DNA of 63,287 nucleotides, counting the filler, from Aduncisulcus paluster (taxonomy: Eukaryota): assembly GCA_024181965.1 (NCBI GenBank). It is 5 parts of 5 records of this genome, joined end to end, with 100 filler letters (N's around TTAATTAATTAA, not from the genome) between each part and the next. Parts side by side here need not be neighbours in the genome. Positions count along the whole stretch, not along the records: positions 1 to 25,098 come from BQXS01010000.1; 4 more parts are not named here. One strand, written 5' to 3'. Positions 12,786-23,428 of this stretch are shown here, one piece after another (the first letter of the stretch is position 1; each line of letters starts with the position of its first letter). The notes under the pieces were generated by a model. The model was not told the origin of the DNA. It ran no database searches and saw only the letters and a list, made by a program, of their open reading frames with translations. A program made the translations under genes and the position numbers.

Positions 12786-13745
12786 GGTTAAATGTTTAAA
12801 CAAAAACATTGTTTCATGGAGGGGAAATCGATGATCAAAATCTAATTCTCAATCTTTTATATTAAATTTAAATGGGGAATATCTATTATATGCGTGTTTA
12901 TTATGTTTTCCCTTTTTTTGATTGATATTTTATATATGCAAGATTTATGCTTCAATTTTCTTCCCATTGAATATTTATTTCGGTATTTTATCATATTTTC
13001 CTTTTATCTCAGAATAATCAGCAAGCTTTATTTGATTATTCTGGGGTCCTTTTTTTTTTTTTCTCAATATTTTGATAAAAGATCAATCAAACAAAGAAAA
13101 GAATTATTTCATATATAAACCATTCATTTTGATAATTCTAATCCATTATATTCACTATAAATCAATTTAAATGCCTCGAAAATCAATCAAAGTGGAAATT
13201 CGCTAATATGTGATGAAATTCTGTTGTTCTACAATCAAATAGAATAAATATCATTAAATATTTGTTATTATTATATATTATGGTGAAATTACGACAGGCT
13301 AAGTGCTGAATTATACCCAATACAACTATTGATGAAAAGACAACGATAACCACTGGTATCTGGCAGATCATGTTGAAATTAATAGCACATATTAAATAAA
13401 ATATAAACTTTTGAATGCATTTTAAACCATTGAATATGATGGTTCGGGCAAAAAATGATAAAAAAATGAAATTGAGCTTTTTATAACACAAATTGGTGTT
13501 TATTTATAGGACGAAACAGGTTCTCGCTAAATTTTGATACATAAGATTTTACGATAAGTTGTCTCAGTAAAATTTGGGTTTAATTTGCGAGATTTTTAGG
13601 AGTTTTTTGGTCGAAAGAACTAAAAGCTTAGAATATTTACGGCATCTCAATTAATTCGTTTTAAGCATTATTATTCTTGTATTTGACAGTTATTTTGAAT
13701 ATAACATGTTCTAATACGTAAAAAAAAGAATTCGTAAGCTTACAT

Positions 13746-14663
13746 CTATATCAATAAATCATATTCTTTTGATCCTTGTGAATAATCTTTAGCATAGATC
13801 ATAGAATCAAAAATACAGAGCAAATTCAGGGAAATATCGACATAAAAACGTGTGGAAGGAGTGTTGGCATACCCAAGATTAACAATTATTGAATTGGAAA
13901 CCCAGACTACAACATTGACTAGAGCCATAATAAATAACTGGACGAATATCTTCTTTTGCAACTCAGTGGCAATTGTAAACTCATTTTCCTGCCTCTTTTG
14001 AGCATTTTGGCAACGAGAATATATTAAATAGACGATGTAAATACAAGTCGCGAAAGATAACACAGATTGAACTCCTAAACCGAGTAGATTCTCACAAATA
14101 ATCTGATATGGACGGAATTCGGTATCTAGATCATAATCACGGTCATCTTTATGGTTAGAAACACAAATAAGATCCAAAATAAGATATAGAATGATACAAA
14201 TGGCAAAAAGACAAATAATAAAGATGAATGATACGTTAAGAGCTATTTCTTTCCATTTTTCCCTTTTTTTTATGCACAAAAAAGTCGAAAAGGTGGCAAT
14301 AGAAAGAGTCAATAGGAAATAGAAAACTGAACAATCAAAACAATTTGTAACACAAACTAGGAATGTATATGCTGCAGAAAACCCAAGAACATTAACATCT
14401 GAATCACGAGGACGCTCTTGAATGGCTTTAATGAAACGAGAGATACATCTGAACCCAGCACTGCCAAAAATACCAATATAATAAAAAAACATCTGTTTTC
14501 CCATCAATTCCCCTCTTTTGGCATTCTTTAAACCCGTTGAAAATGAGGATAGATAGGTATTTCGGGCTTTAATATAAAAAATGAGAACGATGAACACTGT
14601 TACGAATGAAATAAGAGAAGAACCAAAATAATAATAAAATGTTTGAGAATCAGTATTTCCCAT
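13746..14663 (-). CDS. Seven-transmembrane protein, GPCR-like (cAMP-receptor/GCR1-like layout), ~305 aa
   Basis: Likely start MGNTDSQ at 14663. Seven hydrophobic segments, a basic/polar loop before TM6 (QKKIFVQL), TM6 VNVVVWV and TM7 LLCIFDSMIYA. Confidence 0.7.
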   Translation of the reverse strand: MGNTDSQTFYYYFGSSLISFVTVFIVLIFYIKARNTYLSSFSTGLKNAKRGELMGKQMFFYYIGIFGSAGFRCISRFIKAIQERPRDSDVNVLGFSAAYTFLVCVTNCFDCSVFYFLLTLSIATFSTFLCIKKREKWKEIALNVSFIFIICLFAICIILYLILDLICVSNHKDDRDYDLDTEFRPYQIICENLLGLGVQSVLSFATCIYIVYLIYSRCQNAQKRQENEFTIATELQKKIFVQLFIMALVNVVVWVSNSIIVNLGYANTPSTRFYVDISLNLLCIFDSMIYAKDYSQGSKEYDLLI

Positions 14664-15169
14664 GACAAATTTCAAAGACAGTTGGCAAAACTGAGTTTTT
14701 ACGGAAACGGCGTTACGCCGGGGTGCTCGACGCGGTTTTTTTCCTTCAAGGCAAGTTGACCGTTTGCGAACAGATAATTGAATCATGTTCCATTTATTAT
14801 ATTGATAATATAATATTATTATCTGTATGAATTTGCGATAAATGAACGTCATTCACTGAAAGAGAATCATGGAAAATCCACTTGGATTTAAATTGAATTT
14901 ACAGTATTAATCCCGTATAGGGAGACTAGCAAATTTATTTATTGAGAATTAGAGCCTGTACATGCTGGTAACAACCGGTTATATTAATACATCAACAAGT
15001 TGTTGACAACAACAGTACTAGTGTAGTTAAGCAAACTGTACAGTTTGAAATTCTTTAATGGCGGACAGCTTCTGTATTTTAACCCGTATAATTGCTTTCC
15101 AAATCGAATATCATATTGACTCCGTTTTCACAATATTTGAGTTGTGATGGTTTACCCTAAACCTGTGTG

Positions 15170-18100
15170 TCACACACCACAATTTTCACAATATTTATGA
15201 AAATCATCATGGAAAATGGTAGATATTTCTCCCTCTTGTTCAATCATAATGAATTTAAGAAAAGGATGATGCTCCAACTTATGTAATATTTCCGTTTGAT
15301 GATCAGCACACCATCTCATGTCTTCTGTATATCTCGGGTGGAGTTCATCAACCAGCGAATTGACATTGGAAAAAGAATAAATTAATCTCGACCAAAAGAA
15401 TACACCAAGCCCAATTTCCTTCGTTTTGATGGCTCTGATCCATGGTTCCAGGAGATCGCCAATAATAAAATACAATTCCACAACAACTCTTTGCTCCAAA
15501 CATAAATTTGAGAGGAAAAATAAAAGGAAATAATTATCATTTTGGACAATAATATCACTAACGAGCTCTTCCTTTATCGTTTCTTGCATTGCAACGAATA
15601 AATCCCAAGTGTTTCTTGATATTGGTTCATACGGAGTATTATCGGGATTTGACCATGTAATATTTGCAAGGATATTAAACCACACGCCACAACATTGTTG
15701 TTTATAGATTGCAATTGTGAAAATCTCATTTATGTATGTTTGAATTAATTCGAAAAGCAAAGTTTTGGTGCTTAAGGAGTGTGATAATGATACTGTTTGG
15801 AAAAAAGCCGAAATCGCGGGAAAGGAGATTTTCATACTTTCAAATTTTTTCTGCCTTTCTCGATGAAGAATTCGACTGAAAGTTGAATAGATCTCCGGAA
15901 GGAACGAATCACAATGATCAGGAACTTTCATGACATAATTCACACAAATATTAAAATATGTTTCGGCAATTATTTCTTCAACATCTCCTTCCAACACTTC
16001 CTCACATCTTGAAAGATGACCAATGAAAGTGTCAATGAGATCATTTAGAACTGGATTAGGGAGATAAATAGGAACACCACGAAATTTTGAATGCATTACA
16101 AACAAGTCCAAACACTGAATGCAAATAACAATGGCCCTCTTATGCTCTATAATCTCACTCTCTGATTGGGATTCACTGAAGACAGATAGAATTTCTTCTC
16201 GATGCGTATGGTAAAGTATGGAGGTGGATTTCGAGTCAGGAGATTCGTTGATCGATTCAACCAATCCAACCCAGCGCTCCAAAGATGGGTATGAATTTTC
16301 AAAAAACCTTGAAAAATGAGAAGAATAACATTTGTTACCATTAACAACACACCATCGCATTTTCTTATCATATTTAGGTGATATTTGGGGAACAATCGAT
16401 GGAACAGTGGAGAGCATGGAAATGAGATTAGCCCAGTACACAATTCCCCATTGATGTCGTTTTCCCATTATTTTTTCAAACCAACCATCAAGAAGATCCT
16501 TAATGTTATCATATATTTCAATAAGATGTGATTGGTCTTGATTATGGCATAATCTGGAGAAAACCATTAAAACACATACATGATCATCCTCAAAAAGTTT
16601 ATCCCCAACAAACTCCTTCTTTACAACATCAAGAATAGGATAGAAGAGAGGCCAAGCTTTAGAACAAAGGGATTTGTTGGGGGACATGTTATCACTTGAG
16701 AGGGTGATAAATGATAGAATATACATCCATTCTCCATAACATACACTGCTTTTGTATATCCTCAACCAATCTTTGATATATGGTTGGATGAGGGTAAAAA
16801 TGGAATTTCGACAGGAGGTATCGGAAACAATAACCATGTTTCGAAGAGTTCCCAAAATATTTCTTGCAATATTGCCTTCTAACTTCTTCTTTCTTCCTTG
16901 ATCAAGAATACATTCGAAAGATGGAGAAACCTTCTCAAAGAACAACGATTGACATTTAACTTTGAAGGTATAATTAACACAGATCTCACAATACGCTTCA
17001 TAATATTCTTCATCAATATATTCTTTCAATAATTCTTTCGATAGGGTATCGAGAAAAGTGCTTATCAAATCATCAAGATCAGAAATAGGAAGATAAATAC
17101 CGGTTTTAGACGGAAAATGGGCAACAACCCAGTGTTTAACAAACCATCTCAAACATTGAATACAAAGAACGATCTCTTTCTTATTTTCTGAAACCTCTTC
17201 AATCGTACTCTTTGTTTTAGAAGCATCGAAGACAGAACGAATCCCATCTCGATGTTCACGGTAAAGTTTGGAAGTTGATTCTGGATCAGGACATTTCTCA
17301 ATAGATTCAGCCAAATTGACCCATTTCTTCAGGAAAGGATAACAATTACCAAGATACCTCGAATAAACTTCACTATATTCTCCATTTATATAGCACCATT
17401 CCTTGCACCATTCCATACTGGTATCATATTTGGGAGATATCTCAGGAACAAGAGATGGAACAGTAGAGAGCATGGAAATAAGTCTGGACCAGTATTTGAT
17501 TCCCAATTCATGCTGGTTCCGCTTTATAACCTCAAACCACCCATCAAGAAGATCCTTTACATTATCATAGATTTCAAGGGCATGTCCTGGATCACAACAT
17601 AAATTGGAGAAGAACAGTAATACCAATTCATAACCATCCTCAACAATCTTATCCCCAATATACTCTCTCTTAACAACATCAAGAACAGGGTGGAAGAGAT
17701 CCCATATTTCAGAACAGATAGATTTGTTGGGGATATTGTCTTCATTAGACCAGGTAATACTTGCAAATATCTTCACCAACTCTTCAAATTCAGAAAAACT
17801 ATACTCAATATCTGAGGACCGATTTTCTTCGATGTAGGGCTTAATAATTTCAAAAATTTCTTTTTTCACTTGGTTTGGAGCATTTTCAGAAATGGAAATA
17901 TTCCGAAGAGTTACAAGAATGTGAATATAGTTTTGTGAGGCAAGTATCACCTTTCTTCCCCTTTTAATAATTTTTCCCAATGGTTTAGAGATTTTTTTAT
18001 AGAGTTTAGAATGACAAATATCCTCGCGAAAATCCGAAAAATTTCTACAAATTTCACAAAATTCCTCTGTTATGCAAGGACTTAATTTCTCTTCAATTAA

Positions 18101-19520
18101 AGATAAATCTTCGATAATATCTTCCATTAATTCAAAAAAATATGGATCAGAAAGATAAATATCAGTTTTGTTGAAACGATGACATGTAAACAATACAAGA
18201 CATTGGCAACATATCCTAATTTCACACTTTAATTCAATAATCTTATCGGGATCATAATACTGATTGTTACAAATATATTTTATACACTTTCTAAAGACAT
18301 TGAGAAACAAAGTACGATTATTTTCTTCTGAACCCGGATACATATGCATTAAAAGTCTGGTTTTGGATACGGTATCTGGGCATTTCTTTATATCTTTGAT
18401 TAATACAGCCCATTTATCAAGTGATTTGGGATGACAATTACTCAAATAATTCAAATAGTCACATTCACTTGAACCAACATTTAGTTTACACCAAAGCATA
18501 AATTGGTCAAATTTTGCATATATAAATTCAACGAAAGCAAGATTATTTGAAAGTTGCGAGATAAGTTGCGACCAATATTCGAACCCTCTTTGATGCCTCT
18601 GAAGTTTAATTGCTTTAAACCATTCTTTAAAATAACTTTTGAGTTTTTCGTACACTTCAGAACGGTGAGTTTCATCGGAACATAAACGAGACAAGAATAA
18701 TAACACAAATTGATGATCATATTTCAAAATAGATTTCCCTCCAAATTTTCTAACAATGACAAAAATATCATACATTGGCCAAGAATCAGCATCGCAAATA
18801 GAGCCAAATGGTGCATCATCTTCACTTGACCATGTTAAATGAATGAAAATCTTTATCCACTGCTCAAAGCATTTCTCCTCAATTTCATCATTCAAATGGT
18901 TCGCAAAATATTTTAACCACTGTTGAGCGAATGGTCTGACAAAAGAATAAAATATAGTTTGTTTCGTGGATTTCAAAGAAGTTCCAGCGATGTTTCTGAG
19001 AGTATAAAATAGACGTAAATATGTAGAAGATGGAATATCTTCTAAACAATGATATTCTTGATCTCCTTTTTTCTCTTGACGTTTGAATGGTTGAAGAATG
19101 TTCACAAAAGTTGGGGATATTTTTTGTAAAAAATCATGATATGTGGTCACTTCTTGCGTCCATTTATCATGAATTGTATATGTATTGAAAGTAAAATTCA
19201 TGCAAATATCACAATAATCTTCATCAACATCTCCTTGCAAAACTTTCTCGACATTCGACAAATGATTCATGAAAGTGCTTACAAGATGATTCATGTCAGG
19301 AATAGGAAGATAAATCGTATTTCCAGGAATTTCATGTCTAACAAACCAACGCAAACACCGGAAACAATGCCGCATGAGATTTCTTTGCATTTGAAATTCC
19401 TTATCTTGGGAATTTTCTGGGAATTTCTTGAAAGATTCAAAACAATTGAGGATTAACGGATGAGTTTTTCGGTAAAGTTTGGATTTTGACTCTGGATCTG
19501 GACATTCTTTAATGATTAAC
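15170..19520 (-). repeat. Four coding tandem repeats of ~1050-1120 nt (~350-375 aa), preceded by a truncated unit (~20010-19520)
   Basis: Unit starts near 19504, 18382, 17293 and 16243. Shared motifs: CxxCLxxFVxH..IYLP, YCxICxN, TLRNI, ITWS..DN.P, WSxLISxLS, KYDxxMxWC. Confidence 0.9.
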
Positions 19521-21694
19521 ATGATATTTTTGATCATAACCAATGGAATTCTTGAAAAATAATCATTTTTCAGTGGATTCTTAGCCAAAGTGGCTACATC
19601 TTGATAATTTGACACAATTTTATATAAAAATTTTGTTATGGGAATTACACTATCAAATAAACTTTGCTCATCATCTAACTCAATGAAAATTTCCTCAATT
19701 TCAACCATCAAATCAAAAAATTGATCCATTATTTCAGTTGCATGCTTTAATTTAAGAGTGACAACTCTATATTCAACAGGAAATGAACAAGGGCTTTTTG
19801 TTGGGATTATATGCAGAATGAATGATGCTAAACATTGGAATAGAATAGTAAAATATTCTTGTGAGACGAAGGGAAATCGATACTCACGAGAAGGAATGGC
19901 TGAGAAAACCCGTTTAACTTGCATGAAACAATTTTGTATACTTGGCAATAACTCAAAAAAAAGATCTGTCACTGATTCCGTCGAATTGGTTTCTTCAATG
20001 CGTTGAATCAATTTTTTAAGTTTAAGCAATGTCAATTGAGGTTTCTTCACGCTAATGGATGATTCTGAATAAGATGAAAAATTTTCATTCCGAATTGAAG
20101 CTGTTTTTGAGTGTTGCATTGTTGAGGAAGAGGAGGATGAAGCATGTTGTTTCCCTGATGAATTCAAGGGTTCAACTTCAGTGGTTTCATAATCAGAACC
20201 ACTTTCAACAGAATTAGGATTCATACATCGGCCATCATCAATTTTATCACATTCATCAATTGTGATTTCGATTGGTTCACAAGGAAGTTGTTCTGGAGCT
20301 CTGAATTGTTTAAATTTGTTTTCAATAATTTCATCGATGGTTGGACATTTCCACCCTTCTCCAATCCTTGGTAACAAATGCTTGATGGATTGTACTTTTT
20401 CACATGCTTTATGGACACTCATACGCCTTTTTACATTATACTCAGTCAAACCTTCATATACTTCATTCAAACATTTGTAAATGGGTGTGAACATACCACC
20501 TTCAATGGTTATGAGGGATTCAAACAGAGGAGAGAATGAAAGTTGAGGCATAAAACCTATTTTCTGGACGCGACACAACAATTTTGCGAAACTGGGCAAA
20601 TCTTCGTAATGCGATCTTAATAAAGGCGAGGAAGAGAATGGATCTCCCCCTCTAAACAACGCAAGAATACTCATGCCAAGTGCGTAAGCATCACTCTTTT
20701 GACTGTGCTCTCCATATAAAGCTTCGTGAGAATTGTATGCAAGAGTTCCATATAACGATTGATCAGAAATATGAGACGTTATCTTCATTATTTCCTTGGG
20801 TTTTGTTCCAGGATATTCCGAGGATATAGAACAATAATGTTCCTTCACAACACTCTTGGAAGACATCTCAGAAGAAATGGAATCAAGAACACGAACAATA
20901 CCAAAATCGCCCAAGACAATAGTGAATTTCTCGTTCGTTCTTCCAGGATTCTCCACTCTAACCAAGAAGTTGTCAGGTTTAATATCTCGATGAACACAGC
21001 CAGGATTTGCTCTATATACATCATCAAGACATTCAATCATTCCAACACAAATGGCTGCAATTCTCAGAGGGTCGAGAGTTGTCAGGGGATCAAATCCAAA
21101 ATACCCATAATTTAAACCAGAATCTAATTGCGAATAATGATTTTTGACATCAAATGATTCCTCGATCTCTCCTTTCGACTTTTCTTTCTCACCTTCTTCT
21201 TTCTCATCTTCTTCTTCCTCATCTTCTTCTTCCTCATCTTCTTTTTCTTCACCTTCAGGATGTAGGACATTATTATTATCAGTAGTATGCTGACCACTAT
21301 GTTTTCTTGCTCCCCAATTTTTTGAGAAAGATCTTATGCTGCCCCCGATACAAAATTCCATAACAAACCCAAACACTCCATCAAAACTCTTGGGATCAAG
21401 AAGGTCAAGAATGAAAAAGGGACGGGGAATTCGCATGGAACAATGCCGGAAAAGCTCAATTTGAATCATGAATTCTCGGAAGAAATTGTTCCTGGCATTT
21501 TCATTTTTGGGGATCATTTTCTTCAGAACATAGAATTCGGGATCACCACCGTTTTCATAACGAATGAGTTGAACTTCTCCCAAACCAGATTCTCCAAGCT
21601 TTGCTAATGGAAAGATGCAAGATCTAGGATTGAGAATGTAAGATTCTGGCAAGATCTGTTTCTCATCAGATTGTTCACTTGATGACTTTTCCAT
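15170..21694 (-). CDS. 2174-aa protein: N-terminal protein kinase plus tandem giant alpha-helical (ARM/HEAT-like) repeats
   Basis: Kinase motifs LGESGLGEV, YVLKK, HRDIKPDNFL, LGDFG, GTLAYNSHE, SDAYALG, with an acidic insert. Repeats begin CPDPESKSKLY / CPDTVSKTRLL / CPDPESTSKLY / SPDSKSTSILY. Confidence 0.92.
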   Translation of the reverse strand: MEKSSSEQSDEKQILPESYILNPRSCIFPLAKLGESGLGEVQLIRYENGGDPEFYVLKKMIPKNENARNNFFREFMIQIELFRHCSMRIPRPFFILDLLDPKSFDGVFGFVMEFCIGGSIRSFSKNWGARKHSGQHTTDNNNVLHPEGEEKEDEEEEDEEEEDEKEEGEKEKSKGEIEESFDVKNHYSQLDSGLNYGYFGFDPLTTLDPLRIAAICVGMIECLDDVYRANPGCVHRDIKPDNFLVRVENPGRTNEKFTIVLGDFGIVRVLDSISSEMSSKSVVKEHYCSISSEYPGTKPKEIMKITSHISDQSLYGTLAYNSHEALYGEHSQKSDAYALGMSILALFRGGDPFSSSPLLRSHYEDLPSFAKLLCRVQKIGFMPQLSFSPLFESLITIEGGMFTPIYKCLNEVYEGLTEYNVKRRMSVHKACEKVQSIKHLLPRIGEGWKCPTIDEIIENKFKQFRAPEQLPCEPIEITIDECDKIDDGRCMNPNSVESGSDYETTEVEPLNSSGKQHASSSSSSTMQHSKTASIRNENFSSYSESSISVKKPQLTLLKLKKLIQRIEETNSTESVTDLFFELLPSIQNCFMQVKRVFSAIPSREYRFPFVSQEYFTILFQCLASFILHIIPTKSPCSFPVEYRVVTLKLKHATEIMDQFFDLMVEIEEIFIELDDEQSLFDSVIPITKFLYKIVSNYQDVATLAKNPLKNDYFSRIPLVMIKNIMLIIKECPDPESKSKLYRKTHPLILNCFESFKKFPENSQDKEFQMQRNLMRHCFRCLRWFVRHEIPGNTIYLPIPDMNHLVSTFMNHLSNVEKVLQGDVDEDYCDICMNFTFNTYTIHDKWTQEVTTYHDFLQKISPTFVNILQPFKRQEKKGDQEYHCLEDIPSSTYLRLFYTLRNIAGTSLKSTKQTIFYSFVRPFAQQWLKYFANHLNDEIEEKCFEQWIKIFIHLTWSSEDDAPFGSICDADSWPMYDIFVIVRKFGGKSILKYDHQFVLLFLSRLCSDETHRSEVYEKLKSYFKEWFKAIKLQRHQRGFEYWSQLISQLSNNLAFVEFIYAKFDQFMLWCKLNVGSSECDYLNYLSNCHPKSLDKWAVLIKDIKKCPDTVSKTRLLMHMYPGSEENNRTLFLNVFRKCIKYICNNQYYDPDKIIELKCEIRICCQCLVLFTCHRFNKTDIYLSDPYFFELMEDIIEDLSLIEEKLSPCITEEFCEICRNFSDFREDICHSKLYKKISKPLGKIIKRGRKVILASQNYIHILVTLRNISISENAPNQVKKEIFEIIKPYIEENRSSDIEYSFSEFEELVKIFASITWSNEDNIPNKSICSEIWDLFHPVLDVVKREYIGDKIVEDGYELVLLFFSNLCCDPGHALEIYDNVKDLLDGWFEVIKRNQHELGIKYWSRLISMLSTVPSLVPEISPKYDTSMEWCKEWCYINGEYSEVYSRYLGNCYPFLKKWVNLAESIEKCPDPESTSKLYREHRDGIRSVFDASKTKSTIEEVSENKKEIVLCIQCLRWFVKHWVVAHFPSKTGIYLPISDLDDLISTFLDTLSKELLKEYIDEEYYEAYCEICVNYTFKVKCQSLFFEKVSPSFECILDQGRKKKLEGNIARNILGTLRNMVIVSDTSCRNSIFTLIQPYIKDWLRIYKSSVCYGEWMYILSFITLSSDNMSPNKSLCSKAWPLFYPILDVVKKEFVGDKLFEDDHVCVLMVFSRLCHNQDQSHLIEIYDNIKDLLDGWFEKIMGKRHQWGIVYWANLISMLSTVPSIVPQISPKYDKKMRWCVVNGNKCYSSHFSRFFENSYPSLERWVGLVESINESPDSKSTSILYHTHREEILSVFSESQSESEIIEHKRAIVICIQCLDLFVMHSKFRGVPIYLPNPVLNDLIDTFIGHLSRCEEVLEGDVEEIIAETYFNICVNYVMKVPDHCDSFLPEIYSTFSRILHRERQKKFESMKISFPAISAFFQTVSLSHSLSTKTLLFELIQTYINEIFTIAIYKQQCCGVWFNILANITWSNPDNTPYEPISRNTWDLFVAMQETIKEELVSDIIVQNDNYFLLFFLSNLCLEQRVVVELYFIIGDLLEPWIRAIKTKEIGLGVFFWSRLIYSFSNVNSLVDELHPRYTEDMRWCADHQTEILHKLEHHPFLKFIMIEQEGEISTIFHDDFHKYCENCGV

Positions 21695-22450
21695 TGCAAT
21701 ATTTAGTTATTTTTGAAAGATTGGATGCTTTAAAGGATGTAATCACCTTTCTATTGAGAGATAGGAGGGGAAAATAAATATCTTGATAAATAATAATAAA
21801 TTTTTCTCTAATAATTTATAATTAACCATTTTAGACATACTTTGTATAAATTTATGGAAGGAAATTCCTTAGAATGCTTCCAAAAAGTCATGAACCGCCA
21901 TCAAACTTATCTAATTTCTCAAGGATGATGGTACAGTAATATAAACTAAAAAATGGCATTAAATCAGCACAATATTTTATTTTACTTCATAAAAAAGTCT
22001 CTATCATGCGAAATATTCGATCAAAATTCACGTTGATATTTTGGCTGAGATAAAGGTTATATAACAAAAATAGTCAACATTCAAGATGTGCCAAATAATC
22101 ATATTTAATGTATGAGAATCTTAAGTCTCCTATTGTTATAGAAATGAGAAAGATTTGAAATCTGAAAATTTTCTTCGACATATTTTATTTTTCGCAAGAG
22201 CTATATAGTGATACCTTGTTGTTGAAAAGAGGGTTGAAAATAAAGGAAATAAAACGGACAAAAAAACAAATAAAAACAAATAAAAAACTCGAAACCCGCT
22301 CATCTTTCATCAGGAAATTGAAGGAAAATGAATTTCTCTCCAAACAACTAATATTGCCAAATGAAAGCGATAAAACAAGAAAATGAACAATTTATATATT
22401 TAAATGATCAATTACGCAATTATACTCAATCGTTACAATGTTCAAATAAT

Positions 22451-23428
22451 TCATTCATCATCCTTTGCTTCATCATCCTCACAAATCTTCTCTTCTCCTT
22501 CCTCCTCTCCTTCCTTCTTTTCGTTTTCATTGTCCTCTTCAATCTTCTTTTGTGTCATTTCTTCAAGAGTTACCACTTTCTCTACTTCTTCCTCTTCCTC
22601 TTTTCTCTCTTCCTCTTCTTTCTCTTCTCCCATTTGTTGGGGAGGAACAATCACAGCAGGAGTCATGGGAACATGCTCAGGTCTTTCAGAGAAACCCTTT
22701 TTCCCAGCTTCTTTGATATTCTTGTTGACACACGCAACCATGGGCTCTCCAAACTTATATCCGAGCTGTTTTCTCTGATCTCCTGTGACGAACACAGCGC
22801 ATGGACGAAGATATTCACATGCCAATCCGACTTCCATGTGTTGATCCAAATCAATTCCTCTGACTTCAACTTGGGATTTTACAGCATCGGTAAGTTTGAC
22901 AATCTCTTCAACTTCATCATCATCATCACCATGGTAAGAAACAATCAAACCTATCTTCTTTGAAGGAGGGCAAGTAATGAATCCATTGTGTTCTTCAATG
23001 GATTTCAACATAATTGGGAGACTAGGATTCACTGGTTTCTTGGCTTCACCTTTAGATTCGAGTTCTTTCATCTCTTCTATCTGTTTGGTGGCTTCAGCAG
23101 CATATTCGGCATATTTGTCGGCAAATTCATCGTATTTCTTGATTATGGAACGACGACCGATAAGACGAGCAATACGAATACCTCTATAGAAGAAAGCAAC
23201 GGCGGGACCATTCTTGAAACCAAGTTTTTTGGCCAATTCAACGTTGTCAGCACCAACAACAAACTTCTTATTAATAGTCCTTCCAGAAGCCTCAGCTAAC
23301 ACAGCATCAGAGGCTTTGTCGCCTTGTTTCACAAATAATACAACGCAAAGGTCGTGGAGGTCCTCCAAATTGATTTCTTTGGAGTATTGGGAGGGTTCAA
23401 TAACAGATTTAGAATTAGTACAGCCCAT
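22451..23428 (-). CDS. Dually acylated protein with two degenerate thioredoxin-like domains and an acidic tail (~325 aa)
   Basis: True start is probably MGCTNSK (G2/C3/S6 acylation signature). Trx-like segments ADNVELAKKLGFKNGPAVAFFYRGIRIARLIG and VRGIDLDQHMEVG; no CxxC. Confidence 0.7.
   Translation of the reverse strand: MGCTNSKSVIEPSQYSKEINLEDLHDLCVVLFVKQGDKASDAVLAEASGRTINKKFVVGADNVELAKKLGFKNGPAVAFFYRGIRIARLIGRRSIIKKYDEFADKYAEYAAEATKQIEEMKELESKGEAKKPVNPSLPIMLKSIEEHNGFITCPPSKKIGLIVSYHGDDDDEVEEIVKLTDAVKSQVEVRGIDLDQHMEVGLACEYLRPCAVFVTGDQRKQLGYKFGEPMVACVNKNIKEAGKKGFSERPEHVPMTPAVIVPPQQMGEEKEEEERKEEEEEVEKVVTLEEMTQKKIEEDNENEKKEGEEEGEEKICEDDEAKDDE

Noticed and set aside
13210-13310. Possible C/D snoRNA (GTGATGA...CTGA) or a tiny ORF with TGC-TGA (selenocysteine)
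   Set aside because: Extremely AT-rich interior, no terminal stem, no convincing rRNA guide, and no SECIS or selenoprotein similarity.
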